From: a virus
Lineage: Duplodnaviria; Caudoviricetes
Strand: one strand, 5' to 3'
Virus record (IMG/VR): IMGVR_UViG_3300026549_000079
Coordinates: 3,931-67,930 of that record
DNA length: 64,000 nucleotides
The notes below the pieces were generated by a model. That model searched no databases. It had not been told where the DNA came from and saw nothing but the letters and a program-made list of their open reading frames with translations. Position numbers and translations under genes: made by a program. Below, piece by piece: positions 1 to 9,163 of the stretch; within the stretch, counting starts at the first letter, position 1, and each line of letters opens with the position of its first letter.

Positions 1-277
1 CCTCAATATCCGTAAGTCTTTGCACCCATATCCTCATTGTTACAGCTAAATTCTTTTCAATTGTATCTGCACAACCAAAAATCTCATATGGGTAATCAGT
101 ATAGATAAATTCATCCCTTTGTTTGGCATTTTCGAACTTAAGCATTGGAAGAACGTCTTCCTTGTCGTCTATTTCATCTATATCTAAACTATTATCCATG
201 ACCTTTTGATAATATTTAAGGTATTGTTTATTAATGTTTCTGACAACATCATTCAATTCTATTCCTATTCTTAACAT
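1..277 (-). CDS. HAD-superfamily 5'(3')-nucleotidase-like protein, partial (runs off left edge)
   Basis: Manual translation from ATG at 277 gives MLRIGIELNDVVRNINKQYLKYY..., open to the edge. It resembles 37570..38181 (MNIKIDVDGVIRNINE), but the DxD motif reads ELND. Confidence 0.5.
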   Translation of the reverse strand, partial: MLRIGIELNDVVRNINKQYLKYYQKVMDNSLDIDEIDDKEDVLPMLKFENAKQRDEFIYTDYPYEIFGCADTIEKNLAVTMRIWVQRLTDIE

Positions 278-306
278 AAACTATTCTTTTAATAAAATAT
301 AACCTA

Positions 307-1299
307 TTATTTTCGTCTTTTCAAGGCTTTTTTAGTACATTCGTTACATATAGGCTTCTGACCATCCGCCATCTGTATACTTGCTGTGTATTCATCAACC
401 TCTTTTCCACACACTGAGCAGAAGTATTTCTTTTCAAGCGGCATTAGTTCAACATTCACTTTCTTCCTTGCATTTGTCCTGTATTTTTCGTCCATTGTCT
501 TTGAATAATACTTCTCTTCAGGTTTTAGAGGTACTCTAATGTACGAATCCCATGAAAAGGTTAGTATATATTCATCTTTTGTCTCAAAACCTTCAAGATA
601 TTTGCATCCTTCAGTAAAGGCGTATGTAACAAAGTCTTCATCACCAGATGCCTTATAGGTTGAAAAAGATATTGATTCGATTGATGAAAGAATTTCATTC
701 CTGGAAATGGCATACTCATTTTTAATTTCAATGGCTTCTTTCAACGCATTAAGGAATGCACCAGAAGTCGTGTTATACTTGTCTCTATTTTTCCAGAACC
801 TAAGGGTTGTTTCAATAATATTTTTCGTCTCATCAATTTTTACGTTGATTGTATGTGCGTATCGTTCAAGTTTAAATCTGACAACATCATTGTACATGAT
901 TTCAATCCTATATTCTTCCGTACCATAGTTATCAACATGTTGTAGTTCCTTCAATATGGAAGAACATATAATCTTGTTTTCCTGTGTTACGTTATATTTT
1001 GTTCTTACGTCTGATTTTTTTTCATCATTCTCGTTTTTAAAAGCAACACCATTGCCGACATATTTATATTTTTCCGACTCATTTGCCACTTTATATGTCC
1101 TATATCTCAATTCCTCAACTTCCTGTGTGATTTCACCCTTTAATAGGTGTTTTGCAACCCTTTCATCTGAAACTTCTTGCGTTATTACAGTACCATCCTC
1201 GCCAGTGTTGCTGGAACCCATGATTTCTCGTTCAGCTCCTTGTAATCCAAAAGGTAACGCATTCACGATTTTAAGAAAAAAATCCTTAATTTTTCCCAT
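307..1299 (-). CDS. Hypothetical protein with C-terminal zinc ribbon
   Basis: 330-aa ORF; C-terminal CSVC-x20-CNEC. Confidence 0.6.
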   Translation of the reverse strand: MGKIKDFFLKIVNALPFGLQGAEREIMGSSNTGEDGTVITQEVSDERVAKHLLKGEITQEVEELRYRTYKVANESEKYKYVGNGVAFKNENDEKKSDVRTKYNVTQENKIICSSILKELQHVDNYGTEEYRIEIMYNDVVRFKLERYAHTINVKIDETKNIIETTLRFWKNRDKYNTTSGAFLNALKEAIEIKNEYAISRNEILSSIESISFSTYKASGDEDFVTYAFTEGCKYLEGFETKDEYILTFSWDSYIRVPLKPEEKYYSKTMDEKYRTNARKKVNVELMPLEKKYFCSVCGKEVDEYTASIQMADGQKPICNECTKKALKRRK

Positions 1300-1549
1300 A
1301 AACCAAATCCTCCAATTTCTTTTTTAATTTTTCCCTTATTGTTTCCTTTATCGTCAATAAATTCTGGCGTTCTTTTATCATTGCTTCTGCTTCTGGCGGC
1401 AAATTTTCAAGCAATTTATCCCCCGTAGATAATACGTATCCGTCACACATTCTTGTATATTCGTTAAACAACTCACTTGCAACACTATACACGCCAGCAA
1501 GCTTTTCTATAGTCATTGAATCTATTTTATTTACTGCCTTCTTTGCCAT
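1286..1549 (-). CDS. Hypothetical protein
   Basis: 87-aa ORF overlapping both neighbours (translational coupling). Confidence 0.6.
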   Translation of the reverse strand: MAKKAVNKIDSMTIEKLAGVYSVASELFNEYTRMCDGYVLSTGDKLLENLPPEAEAMIKERQNLLTIKETIREKLKKKLEDLVYGKN

Positions 1550-2250
1550 CTTCTTCTTCTATTTTGTGTTGTTATGTCTATTGGGTAATATTTTCCAAAT
1601 TCATTGTTTATAATTTCCCTGTTCTGGAACCACGTGTCCTTTAATTTGCCTACCGAGTTGTGTGCAACCCTGATATTTGTTGTTACTCCAATCTTGCATC
1701 CAGCGAAATAGTTTTTAAGGCAAAACCATATGTCATACATGTCAAAACCATATAAGTCTCTGTTGAATTTCTCTTTTACCTTCCTTTTATCAATCGCCAT
1801 GAATAACCCATCTATTACCACGACTTCTTCTAAGTCTTTGTCTAGCAAAGGAGAAAAAGCAGTAAGCCATGATTTTCCTTCGTTCCTATGTAGAACTTGT
1901 CCATATTTCTTTTCATAATTCCACCAAGCGCCATTTTCGTCAAACTGTGCTGAACCAGCTATACCAATGATACTATAATCCTTATGGTTGTTAAATAACC
2001 TTAGAACCTCTGCACCCCATCCAGGTCTTAGAAATTCTATGTCATCATGTATATAAACAAGGATGTTCTCATTTATATCCTCTGATTCCATCATGTCAGC
2101 ATAAATTTTAGAAATAGACACTCCGTCTGGATTATGTACGCAATATAAATGCGTTTCACACCCACATGTCTCTTTAATGTGCTCAATGAAACCTTGGTTT
2201 TCTTCCGTTGTCTTCTTAGAACAAAATATAACTGCTATATTACTTTCCAT
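1531..2250 (-). CDS. Glycosyltransferase family 2-like (GT-A fold) protein
   Basis: YIHDDIEF (DxD-like), IIGIAG, VVVIDGLFMA, GFDMYDIWFC and VAHNS motifs. Confidence 0.75.
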   Translation of the reverse strand: MESNIAVIFCSKKTTEENQGFIEHIKETCGCETHLYCVHNPDGVSISKIYADMMESEDINENILVYIHDDIEFLRPGWGAEVLRLFNNHKDYSIIGIAGSAQFDENGAWWNYEKKYGQVLHRNEGKSWLTAFSPLLDKDLEEVVVIDGLFMAIDKRKVKEKFNRDLYGFDMYDIWFCLKNYFAGCKIGVTTNIRVAHNSVGKLKDTWFQNREIINNEFGKYYPIDITTQNRRRRWQRRQ

Positions 2251-2277
2251 TTCAAAATTATTTAAATAAAAAATAAA

Positions 2278-2312
2278 AAAACTGGATAACCTTTTAAAGG
2301 ATTATCCAGTTT
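2278..2312 (-). terminator. Intrinsic terminator hairpin
   Basis: AAACTGGATAA-CCTTTTAAAGGA-TTATCCAGTTT inverted repeat, with an A-run giving a U-tail on the minus strand, just after the IMPDH-family gene. Confidence 0.7.
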
Positions 2313-2330
2313 AATGACCTTGTTTATAAA

Positions 2331-3428
2331 CTATTTGTTTACCGAATTTCTCGTATTTTCTGAATCCACAACAAGAACAGCCTTTTCACGGAATTCTCTT
2401 AGGTTGTGCGCATCGACATATGACATTGATGAGCGAAGTAAACCTATAAAATTATCAACCCATCCATGCATTGTGTATTTAACTTCAAGCTTTTTCTTGA
2501 GACCTTCACTTGTTCTTGTTTTTGAACCATTAAGTGCAATTTGTCCTTCCCTTGAAGCCATTCCATAGAAATATAGCGATAATTCCCCAATCAACTCTCC
2601 GTCTTGATACCAGAATCCGTCCTCGCCTCTTTTCATACCATCATATGACTCAATCACCTCCTCATCCCAATCGAATTTCGGAGCCGCTGATTCCAACATT
2701 GACGCAAATAAAGAACCGCACATAACATAATCTGCGCCAAGAGCAAGAGCCTTCATGATGTCACCAAAATCTCTGATACCTCCGTCAGCAACAATCTTTG
2801 GGGTTTTTGTCCATTCTCCAGACTGTTCCATATTTTTTCTAACACAATCAGTCTCATAAATCAACGACGCAATTGGGTAATGAATACCAGTAAGCGGTGT
2901 AGTAAGGCAACCTCCTCCAGTTCCGATGGAAAGCCTTATATAGTCAATTCCAGCCTTCGCATATTCATAATATGTTTGCGGGTTTGCGACGTTTCCAGCC
3001 ATAATGACTATTTTGTCACCATAAATACTCCTTGATTTTTTCGCCAAATCAAGTATTTTCTGCATGTGTCCGTTTGCTGTATCAATAAGGGCGAACATCT
3101 TGTTGTTTGTTTCAAGCATGTCATCATGGCTACAGAACACCATTTCAAATTCATTCAATGAATATGCTGCCCAATACCCAGAAGTTGAGCGGATTATTCT
3201 CTTCTCTAGTGATACAGTCCTTGGAAGAATTGGATAAATCAATTCAGATTCAAACTTTTCATAATTATCATCATTAACGACTGTGTCCATGGGAGCAGTA
3301 AACAACGGAAGCATACCATTTTCGTCCAAGGGAACACAATCTCTCCTGTGTTCAATATCTGTATTTACGCAAGGAATGATACTTACGTCGTTATACGAAT
3401 ATTTTGTTTCTTGTAAAAATCTTCCCAT
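2331..3428 (-). CDS. IMP dehydrogenase / GMP reductase family protein (no CBS domains)
   Basis: PLFTAPMDTV, DTANGH, AGNVA, SIGTGGGCLT (catalytic Cys), VADGGIRDFGDIMKALALGADYVMCGSLFA, FYGMAS and LRSSMSYV motifs. Confidence 0.9.
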   Translation of the reverse strand: MGRFLQETKYSYNDVSIIPCVNTDIEHRRDCVPLDENGMLPLFTAPMDTVVNDDNYEKFESELIYPILPRTVSLEKRIIRSTSGYWAAYSLNEFEMVFCSHDDMLETNNKMFALIDTANGHMQKILDLAKKSRSIYGDKIVIMAGNVANPQTYYEYAKAGIDYIRLSIGTGGGCLTTPLTGIHYPIASLIYETDCVRKNMEQSGEWTKTPKIVADGGIRDFGDIMKALALGADYVMCGSLFASMLESAAPKFDWDEEVIESYDGMKRGEDGFWYQDGELIGELSLYFYGMASREGQIALNGSKTRTSEGLKKKLEVKYTMHGWVDNFIGLLRSSMSYVDAHNLREFREKAVLVVDSENTRNSVNK

Positions 3429-3430
3429 AA

Positions 3431-3991
3431 TTATTTTCCATTAATTTCAATATAAGTCAACTCATTAGCCATCCTTACAATACTTGCCATAGTGCTTGCA
3501 AAGAACCTTGACTGGTCGTCTGTCAAATCCCTGTCATTGATGGTAAGGGCTTCAATCTCTTCCTTTGTGAGATAAATGCCACACTCATTCAACATGGACA
3601 ATGACATAAGACCTGTCCTGATTGATGGAAGTTCGTTGTTGTATTTGTATACCATGAGTCTTTTGTCAACTTCCCACTGGTTGTCATTCGGAATTAGCTT
3701 AATTGCTTTCCCGATATGATGAAGCAGGCATACCTTGACTAGTGTTGTCTTGTCTACTTTCTGAAAATCTGGCAGAAGCTCATTAATCCTAACAGCATAA
3801 GGTGTCAATTTCTTTAGTACAATCTCAATCATTGAGCCAGGATAGGCATTTCCGTGGTCGTTAATGTTTGTAAACGACGCCTCACGGAGAGCATCCCCGT
3901 ATTTGTCAACCAACTTCTCAACATTAACGCCGCACTGTTCAACTTTTTTCATGAACAGTTCAAAATTCTTGTTCATTTCTTCGTTTGTCAT
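3431..3991 (-). CDS. HD-domain-like protein (divergent)
   Basis: LLHHIGK (HD replaced by HH), plus a downstream EALTINDRD. Start reassigned to MTNEEM at 3991 because the longer ORF crosses a terminator and a promoter. Confidence 0.55.
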   Translation of the reverse strand: MTNEEMNKNFELFMKKVEQCGVNVEKLVDKYGDALREASFTNINDHGNAYPGSMIEIVLKKLTPYAVRINELLPDFQKVDKTTLVKVCLLHHIGKAIKLIPNDNQWEVDKRLMVYKYNNELPSIRTGLMSLSMLNECGIYLTKEEIEALTINDRDLTDDQSRFFASTMASIVRMANELTYIEINGK

Positions 3992-4024
3992 ATGATATTT
4001 TCTTTTTTTTTTGTTGTTCTGATA

Positions 4025-4056
4025 CAAATATATGATATTTTTCCAAATAAAACAAA
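4025..4056 (-). promoter_or_regulatory. Bacteroidota sigma-A type promoter
   Basis: Minus strand TTTG-N20-TATATTTG. Confidence 0.8.
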
Positions 4057-4081
4057 AAAAGCGAGGGAAAAACCTCGCTTT
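4054..4081 (-). terminator. Intrinsic terminator
   Basis: Minus strand AAAGCGAGG-TTTTTC-CCTCGC-TTTTTTT; its U-tail overlaps the -33 box of the next promoter. Confidence 0.8.
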
Positions 4082-4101
4082 AATTAACATTATGGCAAAC
4101 A

Positions 4102-5316
4102 TTAATTCTTAACAATGCTCTTATAGAATTCAACCCTGTCTTTACAAACAGTACCCAAAGAATATTTGTCTTTTACAAATTCGTGTAGATTATTCTGTAA
4201 CTTATGTAACATATCCCTGTCATTCGCAAGTTTATTGATAAACTTTGCCCATTGTTTATGATTTTTTGAAGTTTCAACAAGCAACGCAGTTCCATTTTCA
4301 TCAATAACGCCACCCTTCTTTATCATTGGTGTAAGGTCAATTGTATATGCGCCATAGTTCTGGGCGATAAATGCCGTATTAGTGAAACCACATTCAATTT
4401 CCTTTAATTGCGACTTAACCACGTTGAAATCATTTTCCTTAAGCGGTGCCATAAGCACATCAACATTGGCATAATGCGTCGCATACTTGGAAATATCCCT
4501 TGTCCACATCCTTCTATACGGCTCGTTTGTGAACGGGTCATCAACGTTAGGAGCATACTTCATGAGGAAGTCCTTATGTGCCTGTGACACGTTTTTGTAA
4601 TTATTTGTGAAAATCCTTTCATAGTCACACCACACACTCTCCTCTGGCTTAATTGGTCTGGTTGTTTTTTCACCAGTCTGTTGATTGTAAATAGTCCTGT
4701 TTCCCCTCGTATCAAATCCGCACAAGACAAATTGTACCTTTGAAGTATCAACTTGTTGGGCAACCCCTTCTACCAATTCCAGGTCTTTCAGGTGTGATGA
4801 ACCACAGATAACACCAACCCTTAACATGTCAGTCTCTGGTGTCTTCGGTACAGTAAATTGTTCCTCATCTGGGTTTATTGCATTAGGAAATACGAAGACG
4901 TTTTTATTATATTTCCTTAATAGATTTGCAAATATGGGTGTTGTCGTCGTGACATAATCTGCTTTCTTCAGGTGGTTAATGATTGGTCCAGCCCAGTTTT
5001 CCTTCTTCGCCGTAAGTGACATCGGGTGGTCATTTCCAAGGTTAAAATTATCATCAACGTCAACGATTACTTTTTTACCGAGGAATTTAATCATGTCAAT
5101 AATCTTACACTGGTCATCGAGTTTCTTGTGAATATGCACTATATCATATTTGCTTAAAAACTCTTCGAGGTTTCCTGGTGGCATGCTGTACACTATATCC
5201 ACATCAAATTCGTCCTTATAATGTTCCCCTATGTATACATGTGGGTCAACGGAACGGAATTTTCCACATCCGTAGTGGTCTGAAGGTATTACCAATATCT
5301 TAATCTTCTTTTCCAT
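4102..5316 (-). CDS. GT-B fold glycosyltransferase (GT4-like)
   Basis: KILVIPSDHYGCGKFRS, VIVDVDDNF, ADYVTTTTPIFA, VFPNAI and VDVLMAPLKENDFNVVKSQLKEIECG motifs; start reassigned to MEKKIK. Confidence 0.8.
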   Translation of the reverse strand: MEKKIKILVIPSDHYGCGKFRSVDPHVYIGEHYKDEFDVDIVYSMPPGNLEEFLSKYDIVHIHKKLDDQCKIIDMIKFLGKKVIVDVDDNFNLGNDHPMSLTAKKENWAGPIINHLKKADYVTTTTPIFANLLRKYNKNVFVFPNAINPDEEQFTVPKTPETDMLRVGVICGSSHLKDLELVEGVAQQVDTSKVQFVLCGFDTRGNRTIYNQQTGEKTTRPIKPEESVWCDYERIFTNNYKNVSQAHKDFLMKYAPNVDDPFTNEPYRRMWTRDISKYATHYANVDVLMAPLKENDFNVVKSQLKEIECGFTNTAFIAQNYGAYTIDLTPMIKKGGVIDENGTALLVETSKNHKQWAKFINKLANDRDMLHKLQNNLHEFVKDKYSLGTVCKDRVEFYKSIVKN

Positions 5317-5398
5317 TTTATTTTTTTCTAAAAAATAATGTTTTGTTTCGTTTCTTTCAACGGTTATCAAGGAAAAAATAACAACATACCTGTTGATA

Positions 5399-5430
5399 CA
5401 AAAAAAAGCACTTCTTAGGAAGCACTTTTT
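5399..5430 (-). terminator. Intrinsic terminator
   Basis: Minus strand AGTGCTTC-CTAA-GAAGTGCT-TTTTTT (G-U pairs), overlapping the stop of 5415..6080. Confidence 0.6.
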
Positions 5431-6080
5431 TTTCTCTTAATCTCATTGATATTTGATACTCGTTTCATGGTGCATTCATAAATATCACCATTATCGGTAA
5501 GGAACTTGAACTTATCACCAATCATCATCGTATTCACGGTGCTTACATTGGAACCCTTTGATTCATTGATGACTTTCTTTGTAATACTTCCAGCATATTT
5601 TCTGACGATTTCCTCAACAATTGTCCTAATCATCGGGTAATCTATTCCACCTGAAGGCTGAACAATGGTCTGTGTCTGCGGTTGCTGTACCGTTTCCTGT
5701 ACCACTTGTCTCTGCTGAGTCGGGGCATTGAGAAATGCAAGGTCATCCGACCCAGAAAGTGTTCTTATTAGTTCCCTGTCATCTGCACCAGGGTTATTCT
5801 TGAATGACTCCAATATTGCTGAAGGTAACTTGCTTGCAGAAGGTCCCATTATTGCCGTCTGCATCGGTCTCGCTGCGTTTCTTCGCTGCGGTACAGCTCC
5901 TTGAGGTACGTTTTGCGCATACACAGGTTCCGCTCCAGTTACGGCCTCAGCAATATCGTTTCTCTTAGATTCAGCTATCTTTCCAAGAGAACCGTTCATG
6001 TCCATTTGCATTATTTTTAATGATTTTTCCCTTGCGGCTTTTATTCTTTCAATCGCTGCCGCATTTGCCTGTCTTGCCAT
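5415..6080 (-). CDS. Hypothetical protein
   Basis: 221-aa ORF with a Q/P-rich middle. Confidence 0.65.
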   Translation of the reverse strand: MARQANAAAIERIKAAREKSLKIMQMDMNGSLGKIAESKRNDIAEAVTGAEPVYAQNVPQGAVPQRRNAARPMQTAIMGPSASKLPSAILESFKNNPGADDRELIRTLSGSDDLAFLNAPTQQRQVVQETVQQPQTQTIVQPSGGIDYPMIRTIVEEIVRKYAGSITKKVINESKGSNVSTVNTMMIGDKFKFLTDNGDIYECTMKRVSNINEIKRKKSAS

Positions 6081-6082
6081 TT

Positions 6083-6844
6083 CTATTCTCTTTTATTAAA
6101 TTCGTTATAACCTTCTTCTTCCTCGCCGTTCTGCATGATTGGTCCCTGTTGATTGTTTGCCAATTCTTGTTCAGCCTTTTCATAATCGGCAAATTTCTTT
6201 GCCCTATCAACCTCATCCTTGGTGTCTTCTATGTTTTTCTTGTACATTGCCCATTTTGGATTTTGTTTTGCATATGTGTCAACAGTTACTTTCCTTTTTT
6301 GGTCTGCACCTATCTCATCATTATTAATATAGCCAGACTTGTTTGTTGGCATCTTTTTTCTTCCAGCTGCAATATCTGCCGTTTTCTGTCTTTCTCTGTC
6401 GAGAGGGGATACAAACGGCTCAAAATTAACAATATTTAACACATTTGTTGCCATCTTGTCTCCATCTGGATTGAAATTTGATGGAAGGTTGGCTTCTGTG
6501 AACCTTGGAAATTTATCATTATACAATCTTAGATTCGATATGTTTTCAACCTTGAATAATTTCCACTTGAAAGGCCCTCTTTTCGTGTTTGTGTTCCAAT
6601 TGTGAAAGGCTCTTAGATATGTTATTCCATTTCTTTCAAAGAGACAATATGGTATAATTCTTCTAAATCCCCTTGGGTTTCCCTTTCTTTTTGGAAACAT
6701 TCCTGGTTCATCACCCTTTCTGTCGTTATAGTATAGAGAAATATATCTTCTATCGTTAATAGCCTTATTGATTTTATCAATCACACTATTACCGATATCT
6801 TCTTTAATTAGCCCTTTTATTATACTATATAACGTCAGTTCCAT
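6083..6844 (-). CDS. WYL-domain protein (no HTH) with charged C-terminal tail
   Basis: RYISLYY...RRIIPYCL..RNGITYLRAFH...WKLFKVENISNL matches the WYL pattern. Confidence 0.65.
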   Translation of the reverse strand: MELTLYSIIKGLIKEDIGNSVIDKINKAINDRRYISLYYNDRKGDEPGMFPKRKGNPRGFRRIIPYCLFERNGITYLRAFHNWNTNTKRGPFKWKLFKVENISNLRLYNDKFPRFTEANLPSNFNPDGDKMATNVLNIVNFEPFVSPLDRERQKTADIAAGRKKMPTNKSGYINNDEIGADQKRKVTVDTYAKQNPKWAMYKKNIEDTKDEVDRAKKFADYEKAEQELANNQQGPIMQNGEEEEGYNEFNKRE

Positions 6845-6857
6845 ATCACACAGTCAT

Positions 6858-7280
6858 TTATTTTTCCCCAAGGTGCATACCAAACGCCCACTGACCATCC
6901 TGGATGTTCTTTTCCGTATTAATAAGATTAGCTCCATATGACTCAAGGTGGTTATACAACGACCTTGCCATCTGAGTCTTACGGCCAGGTCTGCCAGCAT
7001 ATCCTTCTATATCGTACTCACCGCCAATTTTGTCATCTGGACTTGTTGCGAAGTTCGAGTAATCAATCATATTTGTTGGTTTTGTACAATCAGGAAGCCA
7101 ATGCGAATGTCCGCCGTGGCCAGCACCTTTACCCTGGGGGTCTCCGTTACTCAACGCATCAGAGTGTGTTGCTGAATATTGGTTTTCAATATTGTAATCA
7201 CTTCTTGCAATTTCAACATGCCTTTCGTCATATCCCCTCTTCTCAAGGCATGACTGACCATTTATTACTGTTGCTGCCAT
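6858..7280 (-). CDS. Hypothetical protein, probably late/virion
   Basis: 140-aa ORF preceded by TATTTATA on its coding strand (7315-7322). Confidence 0.6.
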   Translation of the reverse strand: MAATVINGQSCLEKRGYDERHVEIARSDYNIENQYSATHSDALSNGDPQGKGAGHGGHSHWLPDCTKPTNMIDYSNFATSPDDKIGGEYDIEGYAGRPGRKTQMARSLYNHLESYGANLINTEKNIQDGQWAFGMHLGEK

Positions 7281-7330
7281 ATTATATGTAAAATTTAATC
7301 TTTTATTTTCCGTTTATAAATAGTTTTTAT

Positions 7331-7735
7331 TTAACCTTTGAGCAATTCAGATGGAAGTTTCTTTTCCATGTTTGCAATCTTATCGTTATATCTATCTCTT
7401 TTTTCTCTTAGTTTCTCCAGCTTAGACAATGCTGCATCCTGCTCTCTTTTCTTTGATGCTTCCTGTTCCGCTTTAACTTCATCCATATCACCACCTACAA
7501 GGAATTCATTCTGTATCAGGTATTCTGAGGCAACAAGTTGTTTTGTGTATTCCATGTCCTTTCCCCATTCATTTCTTAATAGATGGTCTTTTCTCATCAC
7601 AAAACCTATCTTTTCAAGGTTTGATTGGTCTCCAGTCTGCTTATATGTACCAGTTTGAGTGGTGATTTCTGGTTTTCTTGTTCCAAACATCGCCTCCAGT
7701 GTATCCCCAACTCTTTGTACAAAATTTCCAGCCAT
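7331..7735 (-). CDS. Hypothetical protein
   Basis: 134-aa ORF with a C-terminal coiled coil. Confidence 0.6.
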   Translation of the reverse strand: MAGNFVQRVGDTLEAMFGTRKPEITTQTGTYKQTGDQSNLEKIGFVMRKDHLLRNEWGKDMEYTKQLVASEYLIQNEFLVGGDMDEVKAEQEASKKREQDAALSKLEKLREKRDRYNDKIANMEKKLPSELLKG

Positions 7736-7740
7736 AACGA

Positions 7741-8853
7741 TTAATTTAATTTTAATTTCATTATCTTATTCTCAGGGATATATATTTTCTTTATTTTTCT
7801 TTCTTCGGCAATTCTGTTTAATGAACTTCTACCACCTCTTATGAATATCGAGGAGAGGTCTCCCCTGCTATGTACGATGTCAAGTGCCTTGTTAACAAGC
7901 ACAAGCACTTTCTCTGGCGGAAGGTTCTCGTCGTATTCCCTTATTATTTTCATAATGGGTTCAATTCCGTAGTCGCTTATTGCATCACTTCCGTCTGGCA
8001 TTAGGTTCCAGTCATAGAAACCGATTTCATCAAGCCATTCGGAGCCCTCCTCAAACGAATCGTCTATCTCATATCCCTTTTCTTCAGCATATTCCGATAC
8101 CTCACAACCAGGGAAACCTTGTGTGTGCCCAGCAAGTTCAGTGCAAGTTTCAAGAATAGCTGTATTCCTCATGATAATGCCCATCCATTGATAAATGTAT
8201 TTCGTTGGGAAATTAATCAGTTTCCCGTACTTGGTGAATTCACTCAACGCCTTATGGTACATATCTGGGTTTATCAAAGGAGTCCAGCTTTGTTTTCCTT
8301 TCGGGTTACTGAAGAACTGGTCAAGCACGTACCACACACCGTATTCACTCAGATAGTCGTACATGACATGCCAGTCGCTGTCCTCGTTGATGACTCTGTT
8401 CTCTGCCGTTACCGTGTATTTAATTGTACCGTTTGGTGTTTCTATCTTCTTCTCTTTTGTAACCTCTGGCTTCAATGATGCGTTTGATGTTGGTTTTGGT
8501 GGTTGCACTGGTTGAACTTTTTCCTGAGACCTTGCCCTTTCAACCGTCTTTTTATAGAAGTTATACGCCCTTTCTCCTCCCTGAACAATGTCATTCGGGT
8601 TCATTCGCTGCATTCTCTTCTTTGCAACATCCACACCTATATATTTCACGTTATTAACCTTTCCGTTTTGTCTATCTGCACCTTTTTTGTTATATTCTTC
8701 CTTGGTAGCAAGACTCTTTAAGTTCTTGAGTTTATTTTTGCCTACGACTGGTTCTAACGCATTATATAATGCGCTATAATATTCAGCATCCTTCTTTGGA
8801 ACTGGTGCCTTTCTTTGCGTTACCTTCTGTGAATCTTCAAGAAATAGTGCCAT
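7741..8853 (-). CDS. Hypothetical protein with I/L-x-E processing-like motifs
   Basis: 370-aa ORF; MALFLED, RVINED and KKIYIPEN. Confidence 0.6.
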   Translation of the reverse strand: MALFLEDSQKVTQRKAPVPKKDAEYYSALYNALEPVVGKNKLKNLKSLATKEEYNKKGADRQNGKVNNVKYIGVDVAKKRMQRMNPNDIVQGGERAYNFYKKTVERARSQEKVQPVQPPKPTSNASLKPEVTKEKKIETPNGTIKYTVTAENRVINEDSDWHVMYDYLSEYGVWYVLDQFFSNPKGKQSWTPLINPDMYHKALSEFTKYGKLINFPTKYIYQWMGIIMRNTAILETCTELAGHTQGFPGCEVSEYAEEKGYEIDDSFEEGSEWLDEIGFYDWNLMPDGSDAISDYGIEPIMKIIREYDENLPPEKVLVLVNKALDIVHSRGDLSSIFIRGGRSSLNRIAEERKIKKIYIPENKIMKLKLN

Positions 8854-8860
8854 GTGTCTC

Positions 8861-9103
8861 TTATATGGTGATATTAGGTGCCCTCCATGCCTGTTTCATG
8901 AAATTATTATCTGGAACCATTGGCGCGATTTTATCTGCTGTCACTGGGTCAGAAGACTCCTTATCACCGTCTTGCGTGGTGATATTAGCTTGCGTCGTGT
9001 TTTCAGAACCAAATTTCTTCGTGGTATCATCACCATCAAGAATCTCGTCACTTTCTTGGAACAAACTTCTGAATTGGCTTTCGTTAATTCTAAATATTTT
9101 CAT
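8861..9103 (-). CDS. Small acidic protein with processing-like leader
   Basis: MKIFRINESQFRSLFQES. Confidence 0.6.
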   Translation of the reverse strand: MKIFRINESQFRSLFQESDEILDGDDTTKKFGSENTTQANITTQDGDKESSDPVTADKIAPMVPDNNFMKQAWRAPNITI

Positions 9104-9127
9104 AATAAACGGCTCATTATTTATTAA

Positions 9128-9140
9128 TATAAATATTTAT
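9128..9140. promoter_or_regulatory. Overlapping divergent TATTTAT motifs (putative late promoters)
   Basis: TATAAATATTTAT reads TATTTAT on both strands at the minus-to-plus strand switch. Confidence 0.5.
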
Positions 9141-9163
9141 CTAAGTAAAATGTGAAATAGGAA

